A program made the position numbers and the translations under genes. The notes below the pieces were generated by a model. It was not told the DNA's origin. It worked only from the letters and a program-made list of their open reading frames with translations, and did not search any database. Of a stretch of 64,000 bases of DNA, positions 9,816 to 20,033 are shown piece after piece (positions within the stretch are counted from its first letter, which is position 1; the number at the start of each line of letters is the position of its first letter). Origin of the DNA: a bacterium (GTDB taxonomy: Bacteria > RBG-13-61-14 > DATKZS01); NCBI GenBank assembly GCA_963674965.2, contig CAXXFL010000007.1:736001-800000 (forward strand). The letters run 5' to 3'.

Positions 9816-10498
9816 TCCCTCCGCGGCGGCCGCTCGAGGACCGCCTTCTCCAGGTACGCCATGTCTTTGGCGATAAACTCGTCGATGAATCCTATCAGCG
9901 CCGCGTAGGTGGGCGGCGCCCCCTTTTGCCCGGCCTTCTTCTTCAGTTCGGGCGCCCATTTGGCCGGGTGTCTTTTGACGAAGTCGCGCTGGGCCAGGAG
10001 TATTTCCTCGATCCTGGCCGCTCCCGAGCCCTCGATCACGCCCGTCTCGATAAAGGCCAGGTAGTGCATGAACTCGAGTTGGGTGGGAAGGTAATCGGGC
10101 AGTTCCCTTCCCTCGTCCTTCATCTTCACGCCGAAGTTGGAATAGAAGCGTAAAAGCTCCTCCATGACCGACTTTCGGGACTTGCCTTTTTCCATGGCGC
10201 CCTCGTAAAGGGGGCAGGGAGGACTTTTCTTTCCCAACTCGAAAAAGGCGATGTACTCGGCCTGGAACTCGGCGAAGTCCCTCCCCGCCGCGTCCTGGAA
10301 GGAGGGCGCGGCCAGTCCGTAGTCGAGCTCGGCCGCCGGCTCGGAGAGCTTTCTTTGGGCCTCCCCGCCTGCGAGGTCGGCGAAGATTTCCTCGGAAGGA
10401 ACGGTCAGGAGCCTGGCCAGGGTCCCGTACAGGGCGCTCCTGGCGGCGGCGGTCCTGGCATTATCCGCCTCGGCGGTGATCTTTGGGCGGGAGGTCAC
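9812..10498 (-). CDS. TorD/NarJ/DmsD-family molybdoenzyme chaperone (EbdD-like)
   Basis: EYIAFF...CPLYEG...FY...ELPDYLPTQLEFMHYL...HPAKW. GTG at 10498 overlaps the gamma-subunit stop. Confidence 0.88.
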   Translation of the reverse strand: MTSRPKITAEADNARTAAARSALYGTLARLLTVPSEEIFADLAGGEAQRKLSEPAAELDYGLAAPSFQDAAGRDFAEFQAEYIAFFELGKKSPPCPLYEGAMEKGKSRKSVMEELLRFYSNFGVKMKDEGRELPDYLPTQLEFMHYLAFIETGVIEGSGAARIEEILLAQRDFVKRHPAKWAPELKKKAGQKGAPPTYAALIGFIDEFIAKDMAYLEKAVLERPPRRE

Positions 10499-11139
10499 GG
10501 CTCGATATCCACCTCGGCCCAGTTGCCGCAAAAGGACTTGGCCCCGGCCCGCTCCCCGTTTCCTCCCTCCCACACGGCGAAGCCCACGGGCTTTTTCACG
10601 CCGGGGCCGAGGACCACGTTGGTCCCGTCGTCGGGCGCGGCGAAGGGCCGGGCGATGACCACGGACCAGACGCCGTCCGCCCACTCGTGGCCTGACAGGC
10701 AGTGGCTCACGTCCTCCCGCCTGGTCGTTCCCAGGCCGGCGGCGGTGACGTTATGGGGCCGCTCGAGTCCAGCCTGCCAGCACCAGGCGTTGACGGGCTC
10801 GTTCTTCGAGCCCATGTTGTTGATGCGGGCCCGGTCGCCAAAGGGGAAGAGGACGCCCGCTCCGTCGCGGAACTTGCCGGGCGCCGACATGTCCACGTCC
10901 ATGGTCGGGTCCTCCCAGTTGAGCCGGAAGAAGAGGGCCTCGCCGTTGTGGAGGGCCGAAACGGTAAGGCTCTTGACCGCGCCGATCTTGGTGGGGTCCA
11001 TGGCCCGGAAGTAGTTGGAGGGGACGTTGCCGATGGGCGGCGTCTCCATTTTGAAGTCCTCCGAGTCCGCGCCCGACCAGGCGGGGTCGCGCGGGTCCAG
11101 GAGGTCCTTGGTGGACTGATTTACTCGGCGTGCCTTCAT
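10495..11139 (-). CDS. Type II DMSO-reductase-family heme b (gamma) subunit, EbdC/SerC-like
   Basis: DPAW...[14 protein letters not shown]...FRDG..VLFP...[11 protein letters not shown]...FAVWEG...ERAGAK; candidate Met/Lys heme ligands. Confidence 0.88.
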   Translation of the reverse strand: MKARRVNQSTKDLLDPRDPAWSGADSEDFKMETPPIGNVPSNYFRAMDPTKIGAVKSLTVSALHNGEALFFRLNWEDPTMDVDMSAPGKFRDGAGVLFPFGDRARINNMGSKNEPVNAWCWQAGLERPHNVTAAGLGTTRREDVSHCLSGHEWADGVWSVVIARPFAAPDDGTNVVLGPGVKKPVGFAVWEGGNGERAGAKSFCGNWAEVDIEP

Positions 11140-11146
11140 GACTTCC

Positions 11147-12181
11147 TCACACAAGCTTGAAGTTCTTTACCCATTCCCGAGAGATGAGTATTTCCATGAC
11201 CTCCGACTCCTCGCCCCGCCGCTTCTTGGCCATCTCCTCGTGGAGGACCGACAGGGCCTGGTCCACGGCGGGCCCGAAAATCTCCCTGAGATAGGAGATG
11301 GGGATACGGGGGTCCTTGATGGGATCGGTCAGTTTTCCGTTTTCGTCGTACCTGGGCGGACCGATGGGCGGGATGTAGAAAACATTCGGCTCCGTTCCGT
11401 ACTCCGGATGCAGGGGAATGGCGACCTTGTACTTTTCCACCAGCTTCCAGATGGGACCGTCCTCGTCGTCGCGGTAGCCGATAAAGCGGAGACGCCCCGG
11501 GCACTGGCGGGCGCAGGCGTTGGCCACGCCCTTTTCGATCCTGGGGTAGCAGAAGATGCATTTCTCGCTCTTGGCGATGACGGCGTTGTAGTAAATCTTC
11601 TTGTAGGGGCAGGCCTCGATGCAGTACTGGTAGCCGTTGCACCTGTCCTGGTCGATGACCACGATGCCGTCCTCCTCCCTTTTGTAGATGGCGTTGCGGG
11701 GACAGGCCTCGACGCAGGCGGGGTTGGTGCAGTGGTTGCATATGCGCTGGAGATAGAAATAAAAGGAGTTGGGATACTTGCCGCCGCCCTGGTCCTCGTC
11801 CCAGTTGGGTCCCCAGGTGGGGTTGCCCTTGGGCTCCAGTTTTTCTTTTCCGAACTTGCCGCCGAAGTAGATTTCCTCGCCGTCGATTTCCCAGGCGTCG
11901 CCGTACTCGGAGGCAAGGTCGGGCACGCGGCCCATGTTCAGGGTCCTGCCGTCGGCGGCCCATCCTCCCCCCGCCTTTTCCCAGTCCTTGGGATAGCCCG
12001 CGCCGGGCCGGGTCTCGACGTTGTTCCAGTACATGTACTCCTTGCCCTCGTGGTAGGTCCAACTCGTCTTGCAGGCGATGGTGCAGGTCTGGCAGTTCAG
12101 GCACTTGTTGGTGTCAAGGACCATGGCGATCTGCCTCTTGTGAAACAACAGGTCCTTTTTCTTCATTCTGTCGTATGGCAT
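11147..12181 (-). CDS. Type II DMSO-reductase-family Fe-S (beta) subunit, EbdB/NarH-like
   Basis: [71 protein letters not shown]. Confidence 0.95.
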   Translation of the reverse strand: MPYDRMKKKDLLFHKRQIAMVLDTNKCLNCQTCTIACKTSWTYHEGKEYMYWNNVETRPGAGYPKDWEKAGGGWAADGRTLNMGRVPDLASEYGDAWEIDGEEIYFGGKFGKEKLEPKGNPTWGPNWDEDQGGGKYPNSFYFYLQRICNHCTNPACVEACPRNAIYKREEDGIVVIDQDRCNGYQYCIEACPYKKIYYNAVIAKSEKCIFCYPRIEKGVANACARQCPGRLRFIGYRDDEDGPIWKLVEKYKVAIPLHPEYGTEPNVFYIPPIGPPRYDENGKLTDPIKDPRIPISYLREIFGPAVDQALSVLHEEMAKKRRGEESEVMEILISREWVKNFKLV

Positions 12182-12210
12182 GGCGGCCCCCGTTTTCCTC
12201 TAGGTAAGGC

Positions 12211-15195
12211 TCAGATTTTTTCGATCTCGACCCTGGTTTCCCTGTCGAACTGGCAGGGCTGGCAATGGGCGAACTTGAAATAAAGGTGCCCGTACCCGCC
12301 CGCCAGGTGCAGCGGCTTCATGGGCGAGGGTATCAGCGTCTGATGGGACTTGAGATTCTCGAACTGGAAGGGCTCCCAGGCGTGGTAAATGATAACCTGG
12401 CCGGGCCGAGCCGCCGGATATATCTTGACGTTGACCTTGAACTCGTCCAGGTCGTTGAAGACGCGGACCACGTCGTGGTCCCCGATGCCCCGGGCCTCGG
12501 CGTCCTCCGGAGCCATGTGGATGAGAGGAACGCCACGCTGGAGACGGGCCATGTACTTCTCGTCCTGCCACATCGAGTGGATCGTCCAACGGGCGTGGGC
12601 CCCGTTAAGGATGAGAGGGTACCTGCCGCCGGCCATGGGCGGGTCCTTGTGCACGGGCAGGACCTCGCCCATCTCCAGGAACCAGGGATGGTCGATGTAG
12701 TACTGCTGGCGGCCCGTCAACGTGGGCCAGGGACGCTTCAATTCCACGAAGTCCGTTGACGGCGTCACCGAGTCGTCCGGCTTCATCTGGGTGCTGATCT
12801 GGGCCATGGGAGTGGGAAGGCCCACGTTCCTGAACCTGGCGCAGCCCTTTTCCTTGAGGGTCTTGAGCTTGATGCCCTTGGTCGAGGTCGAGAAGTCGAG
12901 CTGGTGCTGGAAGAGCCTTTCCTCCCCCTTGTGGGAGAGGGGTATCCTGTACTGGAAGGTGTAGAACTTGTAGAAGTCCCGAAGGTCCCGGCGCTGTCCC
13001 GTCACGGTGGTGAATTTTCCCACGCCCCTTTGCCGGGCCCTTTTCGAGATGGCCTTGGCCAGGAGCCCGTAGATGGTCCAGTCGCTCTTGGACTCGTAAA
13101 GGGGCTCGACCGCCTTGTCGGTGTAGTTGACGAAGGGTATCATGCCCACGGGGTACTTCATGCCCGTCTTCTCGTACCATCCGGCCACGGGCAGGATGTA
13201 GTCCGAGTGCATTCCCGTCATGCTCACGCGCCAGTTCATGTCGATGGCCAGGTCCAGCTTGGGCCACATGTGCTCGAGCATGACCGGCCAGGCCCTCATG
13301 CGGCGCAGGATCGAGTTGCCGCCCGTGATCCAGACCCTGGGGGTCCGGCCCCGTTCCGGGTAAAGGGGCATCCATCCCTTCTCGAGGGACTCGTCGAAGT
13401 ACTCGTCCACCGTCCGGGGCAGGGTGGGGTCGTTGTACTCCCTTTTGCCCGAGACCTTCCGGAGCCCCCCGTGCTCGTAGGCGAAGGACACCCCCGGCCC
13501 TATCCTCACGAACTTCGCGAGCAATTCCCTTTCGACCCGGTCGAATTCCTCGAGGTCCTCGGTGGTCTGCACCTTCTTGGTCAGGAAAGCCTTGATCAGG
13601 GAGTTGAGGGACTTGGGCTTAAGATACTCGCTCAGCCTGGTCCCCTCGGGCATGTCCTTCATGGTGCCGAAAAGGCCGAGCAACCCGGGACGCGTGAGGA
13701 AGGCGAAAAGCTCGAAGCTCTCGAACCCGTACCACCCGATGCTCCTGAAGCCGGCGCCCTTTTTGCCCATGGCCCCCACCAGCGACAGCATCAGCATCCG
13801 GGCCCGGATGTGGAGGTCCGAGTGGTAGAGCTTGTTCGATCCCCATTGGGAGATGATGAGGGGACGCTCGGCCCGGGCGAAGTCCTTGGCGAACTTCTCG
13901 ATGAGCCAGGGACTGAGCTTGCATATCCTGGCGGCCCGTTCAGGCGAGTACTCGCTCATGACCAGCTTCTTGACCCGCTCGAACACGGTGGTGACCGTGA
14001 CCCGGCTCCCGTCGGCCAGGGTCACGCTCCATTCTCCCTCCATGGCCGGCGTGATGTTTCCCGGGTCGATGGTCCTGATCTCGGAGCCCATGGACCCGGG
14101 CATAAGGACGGGCTCGCCGAGGTTTTGGTCCCAGCAGTGGAAGGTTTCGTCCGACGCCGCCGGGTCGAGGTCGTTCCCCCTCAGATATCGGTCGTTATCC
14201 GAGCGGACCAAAAAAGGCAGGTCCGTCTGCCACCGAATATAATCCTCGTCGTAGAGCTTGTCCCGGATGATCACGTGCACCGCCGCCAGGGCCAGGGCCG
14301 CGTCCGAGCCGATCTCAGGGTTGATCCAAAGGTCCGAGTGGATCGAGCTGGGGTTGTAGTCGGGGGCGATGGAGACCAGGGTCGCCCCGTTGTATCTGGC
14401 CTCCATGAGGAAGTGGGCCTCGGGCATGCGCGTGACGATGGGGTTGAACATCCACATCACGATGTAGTCCGAGTGGAACCAGTCCGAGCTCGAGCCGCCC
14501 GCGTGGGCCTGGCCGATGGTGATGGCCGATCCCATCGAGAGGTCCCCGATCTCCGACCAGGAGTCGTGCATGTAACCGCCCAGGAAATACATGAACCTCA
14601 GCTTGGATATGGTGTTGGGACCGTTGCCGAAGTTGGGGCCCAGGTCGTGGCAGATGACGTCGGAGCCGCGCTCGTGGACCACGTCGATGAGCTTGTCCGC
14701 GATTTCCTCGATGGCCTGGTCCCAGGAAATCCGCTGCCATTTTCCCGATCCTCTTTCGCCCACGCGCTTTAAGGGCCACTTGATCCTGCCGGGGTTGTAC
14801 ATGAGCTCCGAGTAGCAGGCCCCCTTCTGGCAGCCCCGGGGATTGTAGTCGGGAAGGTAGTCGTTCTCGCGGTCGTAGGTGGCCGCCTGCTCCTCCCTCC
14901 AGACTATGCCGTCCTTGACGAACACGTCCCACACGCAGCCGCCCGAGCAGTTGGCCCAGGAGTGGGTGCACTTGGCCACGCTGTCCCAGGTCCATTCCTC
15001 GCGGTAAAGGTCCTCCCAGCCCCGGTAACGGTAAGGCTCGGGCTCGTCCTTTTTCTTGGCTTTAACTTTCCTCGGGGCCAGAGTGTTGAGAGTTAGAAAA
15101 ACAGTCGCCGCGGACCCGGCCTTGATGAAATCCCTTCTGTCAAGGCCGGTCAAAGGTTCCCTCGGCGTACCCTTTTCATAAGAATTTCCGCTCAT
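12211..15195 (-). CDS. Type II DMSO-reductase-family Mo-bisPGD catalytic (alpha) subunit, ethylbenzene/steroid-C25 dehydrogenase-like, Tat-exported
   Basis: Tat motif DRRDFIK; FS0 motif THSWANCSGGC...PRGCQKG; IGD (candidate Asp Mo ligand); TLTGRQQYYIDH, HARWTIHS. Start ATG 15195 follows a G-rich Shine-Dalgarno-like run. Confidence 0.93.
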   Translation of the reverse strand: MSGNSYEKGTPREPLTGLDRRDFIKAGSAATVFLTLNTLAPRKVKAKKKDEPEPYRYRGWEDLYREEWTWDSVAKCTHSWANCSGGCVWDVFVKDGIVWREEQAATYDRENDYLPDYNPRGCQKGACYSELMYNPGRIKWPLKRVGERGSGKWQRISWDQAIEEIADKLIDVVHERGSDVICHDLGPNFGNGPNTISKLRFMYFLGGYMHDSWSEIGDLSMGSAITIGQAHAGGSSSDWFHSDYIVMWMFNPIVTRMPEAHFLMEARYNGATLVSIAPDYNPSSIHSDLWINPEIGSDAALALAAVHVIIRDKLYDEDYIRWQTDLPFLVRSDNDRYLRGNDLDPAASDETFHCWDQNLGEPVLMPGSMGSEIRTIDPGNITPAMEGEWSVTLADGSRVTVTTVFERVKKLVMSEYSPERAARICKLSPWLIEKFAKDFARAERPLIISQWGSNKLYHSDLHIRARMLMLSLVGAMGKKGAGFRSIGWYGFESFELFAFLTRPGLLGLFGTMKDMPEGTRLSEYLKPKSLNSLIKAFLTKKVQTTEDLEEFDRVERELLAKFVRIGPGVSFAYEHGGLRKVSGKREYNDPTLPRTVDEYFDESLEKGWMPLYPERGRTPRVWITGGNSILRRMRAWPVMLEHMWPKLDLAIDMNWRVSMTGMHSDYILPVAGWYEKTGMKYPVGMIPFVNYTDKAVEPLYESKSDWTIYGLLAKAISKRARQRGVGKFTTVTGQRRDLRDFYKFYTFQYRIPLSHKGEERLFQHQLDFSTSTKGIKLKTLKEKGCARFRNVGLPTPMAQISTQMKPDDSVTPSTDFVELKRPWPTLTGRQQYYIDHPWFLEMGEVLPVHKDPPMAGGRYPLILNGAHARWTIHSMWQDEKYMARLQRGVPLIHMAPEDAEARGIGDHDVVRVFNDLDEFKVNVKIYPAARPGQVIIYHAWEPFQFENLKSHQTLIPSPMKPLHLAGGYGHLYFKFAHCQPCQFDRETRVEIEKI

Positions 15196-15482
15196 GTTAA
15201 TCCCCCCGCCGTTGGTGGCATAGGCGATTATTACCTCAAACGCGAAATTATTGCAAGCCCAAAATAAGGTTATTCTAATTTTCATTTACCGCTTGCCTAA
15301 AAATAACATTTGTGATTTCATGAGCCAAAAGGACTATGGCCGGACCCGGAAAAGACCTCGATCGAGGCCTTCCAAATCCGGTCGTTTAAACCGGATAACG
15401 ATAGTTACTTGGCCGGCCGAAGGCGAAAGAAGACCCAAATTAATAATCGGGTTTCAAGCCTCGGACCAGCCGGGAGGATGTA

Positions 15483-16700
15483 TTGAAAGGACCAGGCGCG
15501 GCTTCGCTGGTGAAGAGAAATCTCCTCAGACGCCCGGTCAGGGCGCTCATACTGGTGACGTGCGTGGCCTCGGCCTCGGGCATGCAGGTCGCGGCCGGCC
15601 TCATCGAAAGGGGGGCCGAGTTGGGCTACGAGCTTAGCCTTAAGCGCCTGGGCGCCGATCTGGTGGCCGTGCCCGACGAGTTCACCGATGCCCTCGAGCG
15701 CGCCTATCTGACCGGTTCCGCCGCCCTTTTCTACATGGACTCCGACGTGGAGGAAAGGATCGCCGGGTTCGACTTCGTCGAGGAGACTTCCTCCCAGCTC
15801 TACGTCAAGTCCCTGTCCGGGGCCCCGTGCTGCTCGGCGGGGAACATCTTTCTCATCGGCTTCGAGCCGGACACGGACTTCACGGTCCGGCCCTGGCTCG
15901 ACGGCCGGCCCGACCGCGAGATCGGTCCCGACGACGCCCTGGTGGGGGCGGCCTTTCCCATGAAGGACGGCGACACCATCAGGTTCTTCGGCCACATGTT
16001 CACCGTGGCCGGGGTCCTCGAGGAGACCGGCTCGGGCCTTGACGCCACGGTGTTCATTCCCCTCGAGACGGCCTATCTCATGGCGGAGGAATCGGCGGAA
16101 AAGGCGGTCCAGACCCTGCCCATCGCGCGAAACGAGATATCGGCGGTGATGGTGTCGTTAAAGCCCGAGGAGGAGGGCGGCATACCGATCGACAAGGCCA
16201 ACTACGAGTTGACCCGGAACATATACGAGATAAGCGCGTATCAGCCCCACAAGATGATCAAGAAGGTACAGGGCAACCTGGCGGCCACCGTCTACGGCCT
16301 TCGCGCCGCGGGTCTGGCCTCATGGCCCATGACCATGCTCCTTATTGGGCTGGTCTTCGCCATGGCCGTGAGGGAAAGGGGAAGGGAGATCGGGCTGCTT
16401 CGGGCCATGGGCGCCTCGAGGCGCTTCGTTTTCGCCGAGGTCACGAGCGAGGCCCTCATCCTTTCGGCGGCGGGGGCCCTGGCGGGATCGGCGGCGGCCG
16501 CGGCGCTGGTGTCGGCTTTTGGAAGGCACGTGGCCCTGACCCTCGAGGTCCCCTTTATGTGGCCGGGGGCGGCCCAGGCGGGGGGCTTTCTGGCCATGGC
16601 CTTCGCGCTCGCGGTCCTGGGGGGGGCCGCGGCCGGGGCTGTCCCCGCCTATGCCATAAGCGCCATGGACCCCTACGAGGCGGCGAGGGCCATGGAATGA
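15483..16700 (+). CDS. MacB/FtsX-family ABC transporter permease (no adjacent ATPase)
   Basis: RNLLRRPVR, LGADLVAVP, ERGREIGLLRAMGAS, C-terminal DPYEA. Confidence 0.88.
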   Translation: MKGPGAASLVKRNLLRRPVRALILVTCVASASGMQVAAGLIERGAELGYELSLKRLGADLVAVPDEFTDALERAYLTGSAALFYMDSDVEERIAGFDFVEETSSQLYVKSLSGAPCCSAGNIFLIGFEPDTDFTVRPWLDGRPDREIGPDDALVGAAFPMKDGDTIRFFGHMFTVAGVLEETGSGLDATVFIPLETAYLMAEESAEKAVQTLPIARNEISAVMVSLKPEEEGGIPIDKANYELTRNIYEISAYQPHKMIKKVQGNLAATVYGLRAAGLASWPMTMLLIGLVFAMAVRERGREIGLLRAMGASRRFVFAEVTSEALILSAAGALAGSAAAAALVSAFGRHVALTLEVPFMWPGAAQAGGFLAMAFALAVLGGAAAGAVPAYAISAMDPYEAARAME

Positions 16701-16789
16701 AAAAGGGGCGAAGGAATATCCGTCGGGCGTTGACGGCCCGCCGGGGCGCGTGCTAATTATTGGCTTTAGTCGGCCATAGGGGGAGGATC

Positions 16790-17653
16790 ATGAGAAAGAC
16801 CATACTTGTAACGGCGCTGGCGGCGCTTTTCATCTGCGGGGTCTCCATGGCGGAAAGGACGGCCAAGCCTTGTCCCGCCCCGCCGGCCGAGGGGGAGGAG
16901 CCGGCCTACAAGGAGATCGAGGTCAAGGACCCGGGCGCTCTTTCCGGCCGGGTGACCTTCGAGGGCAATTACGCGCCGAAGAAGTGGAAGACGGTCAAGG
17001 ACGGCGACTTCTGCGGGGCGTCCGTGGCGGACGAGAGCCTCGTGGCGGGCCCGGACGGCGGCCTTCGCTACGTGGCGGTCATGTTTGACGACATAAAGGA
17101 GGGCAAGGCCCTTCCCAAGGTGGTCAAGGAGATGGCCAACAAGGACTGCATATATCAGCCGCACGTTGACACCTATACGGTTTGCGACAAGACCATGGTG
17201 ACGAACCACGATCCCATTTTGCACAACACCCACGCCTACCTCGGGGATGAGATATTCGAGCCGGGTCGGCCCAGGGAGGAGGACGGCCTCCTGGTCCTTT
17301 CCGAGGAGGACTTCACGAGGGGAACGAGCGCTCCGACCCTGACCTCGATCACCACCCTGTTCAACCTGGGGCTGCCCACCCAGGACTTCAAGCCCAAGAA
17401 GACCCTGCGCGAGCCCGGCCTTATCACCCTCAAGTGCGACGCGGGCCACACCTGGATGACGGGCTTCATCTGGGTTAAGCCCCATCCGTACCATACGGTG
17501 ACGGACGCCGCGGGCGCGTATAAGATCGAGGAAATACCGCCGGGCGAGTACACGGTGACCATGTGGCACGAGAAACTGGGCGAGCAAAAGCACAAGGTCA
17601 AGATCGAGAAAGGCAAGACCACCGTTCTGGACTCGAAATTCACTCTTAAGTGA
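16790..17653 (+). CDS. Exported protein with cupredoxin-like motif and carboxypeptidase-regulatory-like domain
   Basis: Signal peptide; LSGRV; HNTH...CDAGHTWM; TDAAGAYKIEEIPPGEYTV..WHE. Confidence 0.75.
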   Translation: MRKTILVTALAALFICGVSMAERTAKPCPAPPAEGEEPAYKEIEVKDPGALSGRVTFEGNYAPKKWKTVKDGDFCGASVADESLVAGPDGGLRYVAVMFDDIKEGKALPKVVKEMANKDCIYQPHVDTYTVCDKTMVTNHDPILHNTHAYLGDEIFEPGRPREEDGLLVLSEEDFTRGTSAPTLTSITTLFNLGLPTQDFKPKKTLREPGLITLKCDAGHTWMTGFIWVKPHPYHTVTDAAGAYKIEEIPPGEYTVTMWHEKLGEQKHKVKIEKGKTTVLDSKFTLK

Positions 17654-17664
17654 GGGAGGGAGTC

Positions 17665-18216
17665 ATGGCGGACGAAGAGGAAACAAAAGAGGAAAAATTG
17701 GAGGGCGACCCGGGCCCGGACGAGCCGGCGGGGCATTTGTGGACGAGACGAAGCGCCCTTTCCTACGCGGGCTGGGCGGGCGTGGGGGTATGCGCCTGCG
17801 GGGCCGGGGCGGCGGCGGTCAGGTTCGGCTACCCGAGGGTGTTGTTCGAGCCGCCCACCGAGTTCCTGGCGGGATTGCCCGACGACTACCGCGTAGGCGA
17901 GGTGGCGACCAAGTGGATACCCACCAACCGGGTTTGGATCGTGCGGGAGGAAAAGGGCTTTTACGCGCTTTTCGCCTCCTGCACTCATCTTGGATGCACG
18001 CCCGGGTGGCTTCCAGCGGAGGAAAAGTTCAAGTGCTTCTGCCACGGCTCGGGCTTTCACAGGAACGGGGTCAACTTCGAGGGTCCGGCCCCGAGGCCCC
18101 TCGAGCGAGTTAAAATAGTACTGGCCGAGGACGGCCAGCTTCTGGTGGACACCAGCGTAAGGTTCAGATACGAGAGGAAGGAGTGGGACCTGCCCGGCGC
18201 GTATCTTAAGGCGTAG
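17665..18216 (+). CDS. Rieske [2Fe-2S] subunit of a Rieske/cytochrome b complex
   Basis: TRRSAL Tat-like motif and TM helix; CTHLGC, CFCHGSGF; GPAPRPL. Confidence 0.93.
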   Translation: MADEEETKEEKLEGDPGPDEPAGHLWTRRSALSYAGWAGVGVCACGAGAAAVRFGYPRVLFEPPTEFLAGLPDDYRVGEVATKWIPTNRVWIVREEKGFYALFASCTHLGCTPGWLPAEEKFKCFCHGSGFHRNGVNFEGPAPRPLERVKIVLAEDGQLLVDTSVRFRYERKEWDLPGAYLKA

Positions 18217-18321
18217 CAGTAGGCGCCCGGGCGGCGGCTGAGTCCTGGGGCACGTAATGGCGAGGAATCCGGGGGTATCGCCATTGCCTCACAATATAAC
18301 GATCGATACGCGAGGTGCGCC

Positions 18322-19107
18322 ATGGCGCCTGAAAACAAGGACGGGAAAATTCCGGCCATCCAAAAGATCAAGGATAGCCAGATTTGGAAAAGCGTCTTCA
18401 GGCACGGGTATGAGGACAACCACCAAAACCGGATCAAACAAATCCGAGATAACCTGTGGCTCCATATCCATCCGCCCAAGGTAAGAAGAGGGGCCGTCGA
18501 GGTCGGATACACCTGGTGCGCCGGGGGGGTGTCCTTTTTGCTCTTTCTCGTGACCGTCGTCACCGGCCTGGCCCTCATGTTCTATTACCGGCCAACGGCC
18601 GAGTACGCCTACATGGACATGAAGTACCTGGATTACGACGTGCCCTTCGGCATGTTCATCCGCAACATGCACAGGTGGGCCGCCCACGCCATGGTCATCT
18701 TCGTGATGCTCCACATGTTCCGCGTTTTCCTTACCGGCTCGTACAAGCCGCCTCGCGAGTTCAACTGGGTGGTGGGGGTCTTCCTGCTCGTCATGACCCT
18801 TCTGTTGGGATTCACGGGTTACCTCCTGCCGTGGGACCAGTTAAGCATGTGGGCCGTGACCGTGGGAACCAACATGGCCGGCGCCACTCCCTTCGTCGGC
18901 GCGGAGGGGCCCTTCTCGGAATACGCCCGCGTCACGCCCGACAACGACGTGAGGGCCCTTATCATCGGCGGGACCTCGGTGAACCAGGCGACCCTGCTTC
19001 GCTTCTACGTGCTCCACTGCATAGTGGTCCCGTTGCTGGCGGCCGGCGGGATGGCGCTCCACTTCTGGCGGATAAGGAAAGACGGCGGCGTCTCGGGGCC
19101 GCTTTGA
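18322..19107 (+). CDS. Cytochrome b6-like N-terminal subunit (split cytochrome b)
   Basis: WCAGG (candidate heme ci Cys), [35 protein letters not shown]...HFWRIRKDG. Confidence 0.93.
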   Translation: MAPENKDGKIPAIQKIKDSQIWKSVFRHGYEDNHQNRIKQIRDNLWLHIHPPKVRRGAVEVGYTWCAGGVSFLLFLVTVVTGLALMFYYRPTAEYAYMDMKYLDYDVPFGMFIRNMHRWAAHAMVIFVMLHMFRVFLTGSYKPPREFNWVVGVFLLVMTLLLGFTGYLLPWDQLSMWAVTVGTNMAGATPFVGAEGPFSEYARVTPDNDVRALIIGGTSVNQATLLRFYVLHCIVVPLLAAGGMALHFWRIRKDGGVSGPL

Positions 19108-19148
19108 CCCGGCGTGAAGGACCTCAAGAGTGAACGGGGGAAAGGACG

Positions 19149-20000
19149 ATGCATAATTTCCTTAAGATACTGGGTAAGCCCGACAACGTGCCCATAGCGG
19201 CCATGGTCCCGCTTTTTATCCTGGCACTCGCCTGGGCCCTTTGGCGGTCGCGCAAGAGAAAAACCGGCCAAGCGGCCGAGCCGTCCGACAAGGTCCATAC
19301 CTGGCCTTACCTGGCGCGGGTCGAGTTCATCGCCGCCATTATAGTGATGGTCATCCTCACGATCTGGAGTCTGGCCATCGACGCTCCCCTCGAGGGACCG
19401 GCCAACCCCATGGTCACGCCCAACCCGGCCAAGGCCCCCTGGTATTTCCTCGGGCTTCAAGAGTTGCTCGTTTACTTTGATCCCTGGATAGCGGGGGTCA
19501 TCATTCCGGGCATAATCGTCTTCGGCCTGGCCTCCATACCCTACATCGACGTGAACGAGAAGGGATCGGGATACTACGGCCTGGGCGAGAGGCCCTTCGC
19601 CGCGGCCTGCTTCGTGTTCGCCTTCTTCACGCTGGGCATCGGGCTGATCGTGCTGGGGGTTTTCTTTCGCGGACCGGGCTGGAACTTCTTCTGGCCCTGG
19701 GAGTACTGGGACCACCTCAAGGTCTCGGCCATCACCAACGTGAACCTGCCCGAGGCCATGGGAGTTATCGACCCTTTCTGGAAGTTCATGGTGGGCGCCG
19801 TCTTCGAGCTGGGCTGGTACTCGATGGGTCCTCTTTCCTATCTCCTCGTCCGCAAGCGGGAGACGGTGATGAAGCTGGGATGGTTCCGTTACTTCGTGGT
19901 TTCCTTTTTCGTGCTGGCCATGCTGGCCATACCGCTTAAGATTCTGCTCCGGCTTTTCAATATCAAGTACGTGTGGGTGACTCCATGGTTCAACTACTGA
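19149..20000 (+). CDS. Cytochrome b6 subunit IV-like protein
   Basis: PANPMVTPNPAKAPWYFLGLQELL (APWY variant of PEWY), IPYID, ERPFA. Confidence 0.88.
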   Translation: MHNFLKILGKPDNVPIAAMVPLFILALAWALWRSRKRKTGQAAEPSDKVHTWPYLARVEFIAAIIVMVILTIWSLAIDAPLEGPANPMVTPNPAKAPWYFLGLQELLVYFDPWIAGVIIPGIIVFGLASIPYIDVNEKGSGYYGLGERPFAAACFVFAFFTLGIGLIVLGVFFRGPGWNFFWPWEYWDHLKVSAITNVNLPEAMGVIDPFWKFMVGAVFELGWYSMGPLSYLLVRKRETVMKLGWFRYFVVSFFVLAMLAIPLKILLRLFNIKYVWVTPWFNY

Positions 20001-20033
20001 TCCCGGACGCGAGACGGCGCCGCGAGGCCCGAA

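Noticed and set aside
12904-14772. Long antisense ORFs (also 1023-2318, 20196-22082, 33131-34534 and others)
   Set aside because: Shadow frames of well-supported genes in high-GC DNA.
11147-15195. narGH / nxrAB assignment
   Set aside because: Shorter Tat-bearing alpha, different FS0 spacing, short beta and an EbdC-type gamma rather than NarI; no gene symbol assigned.
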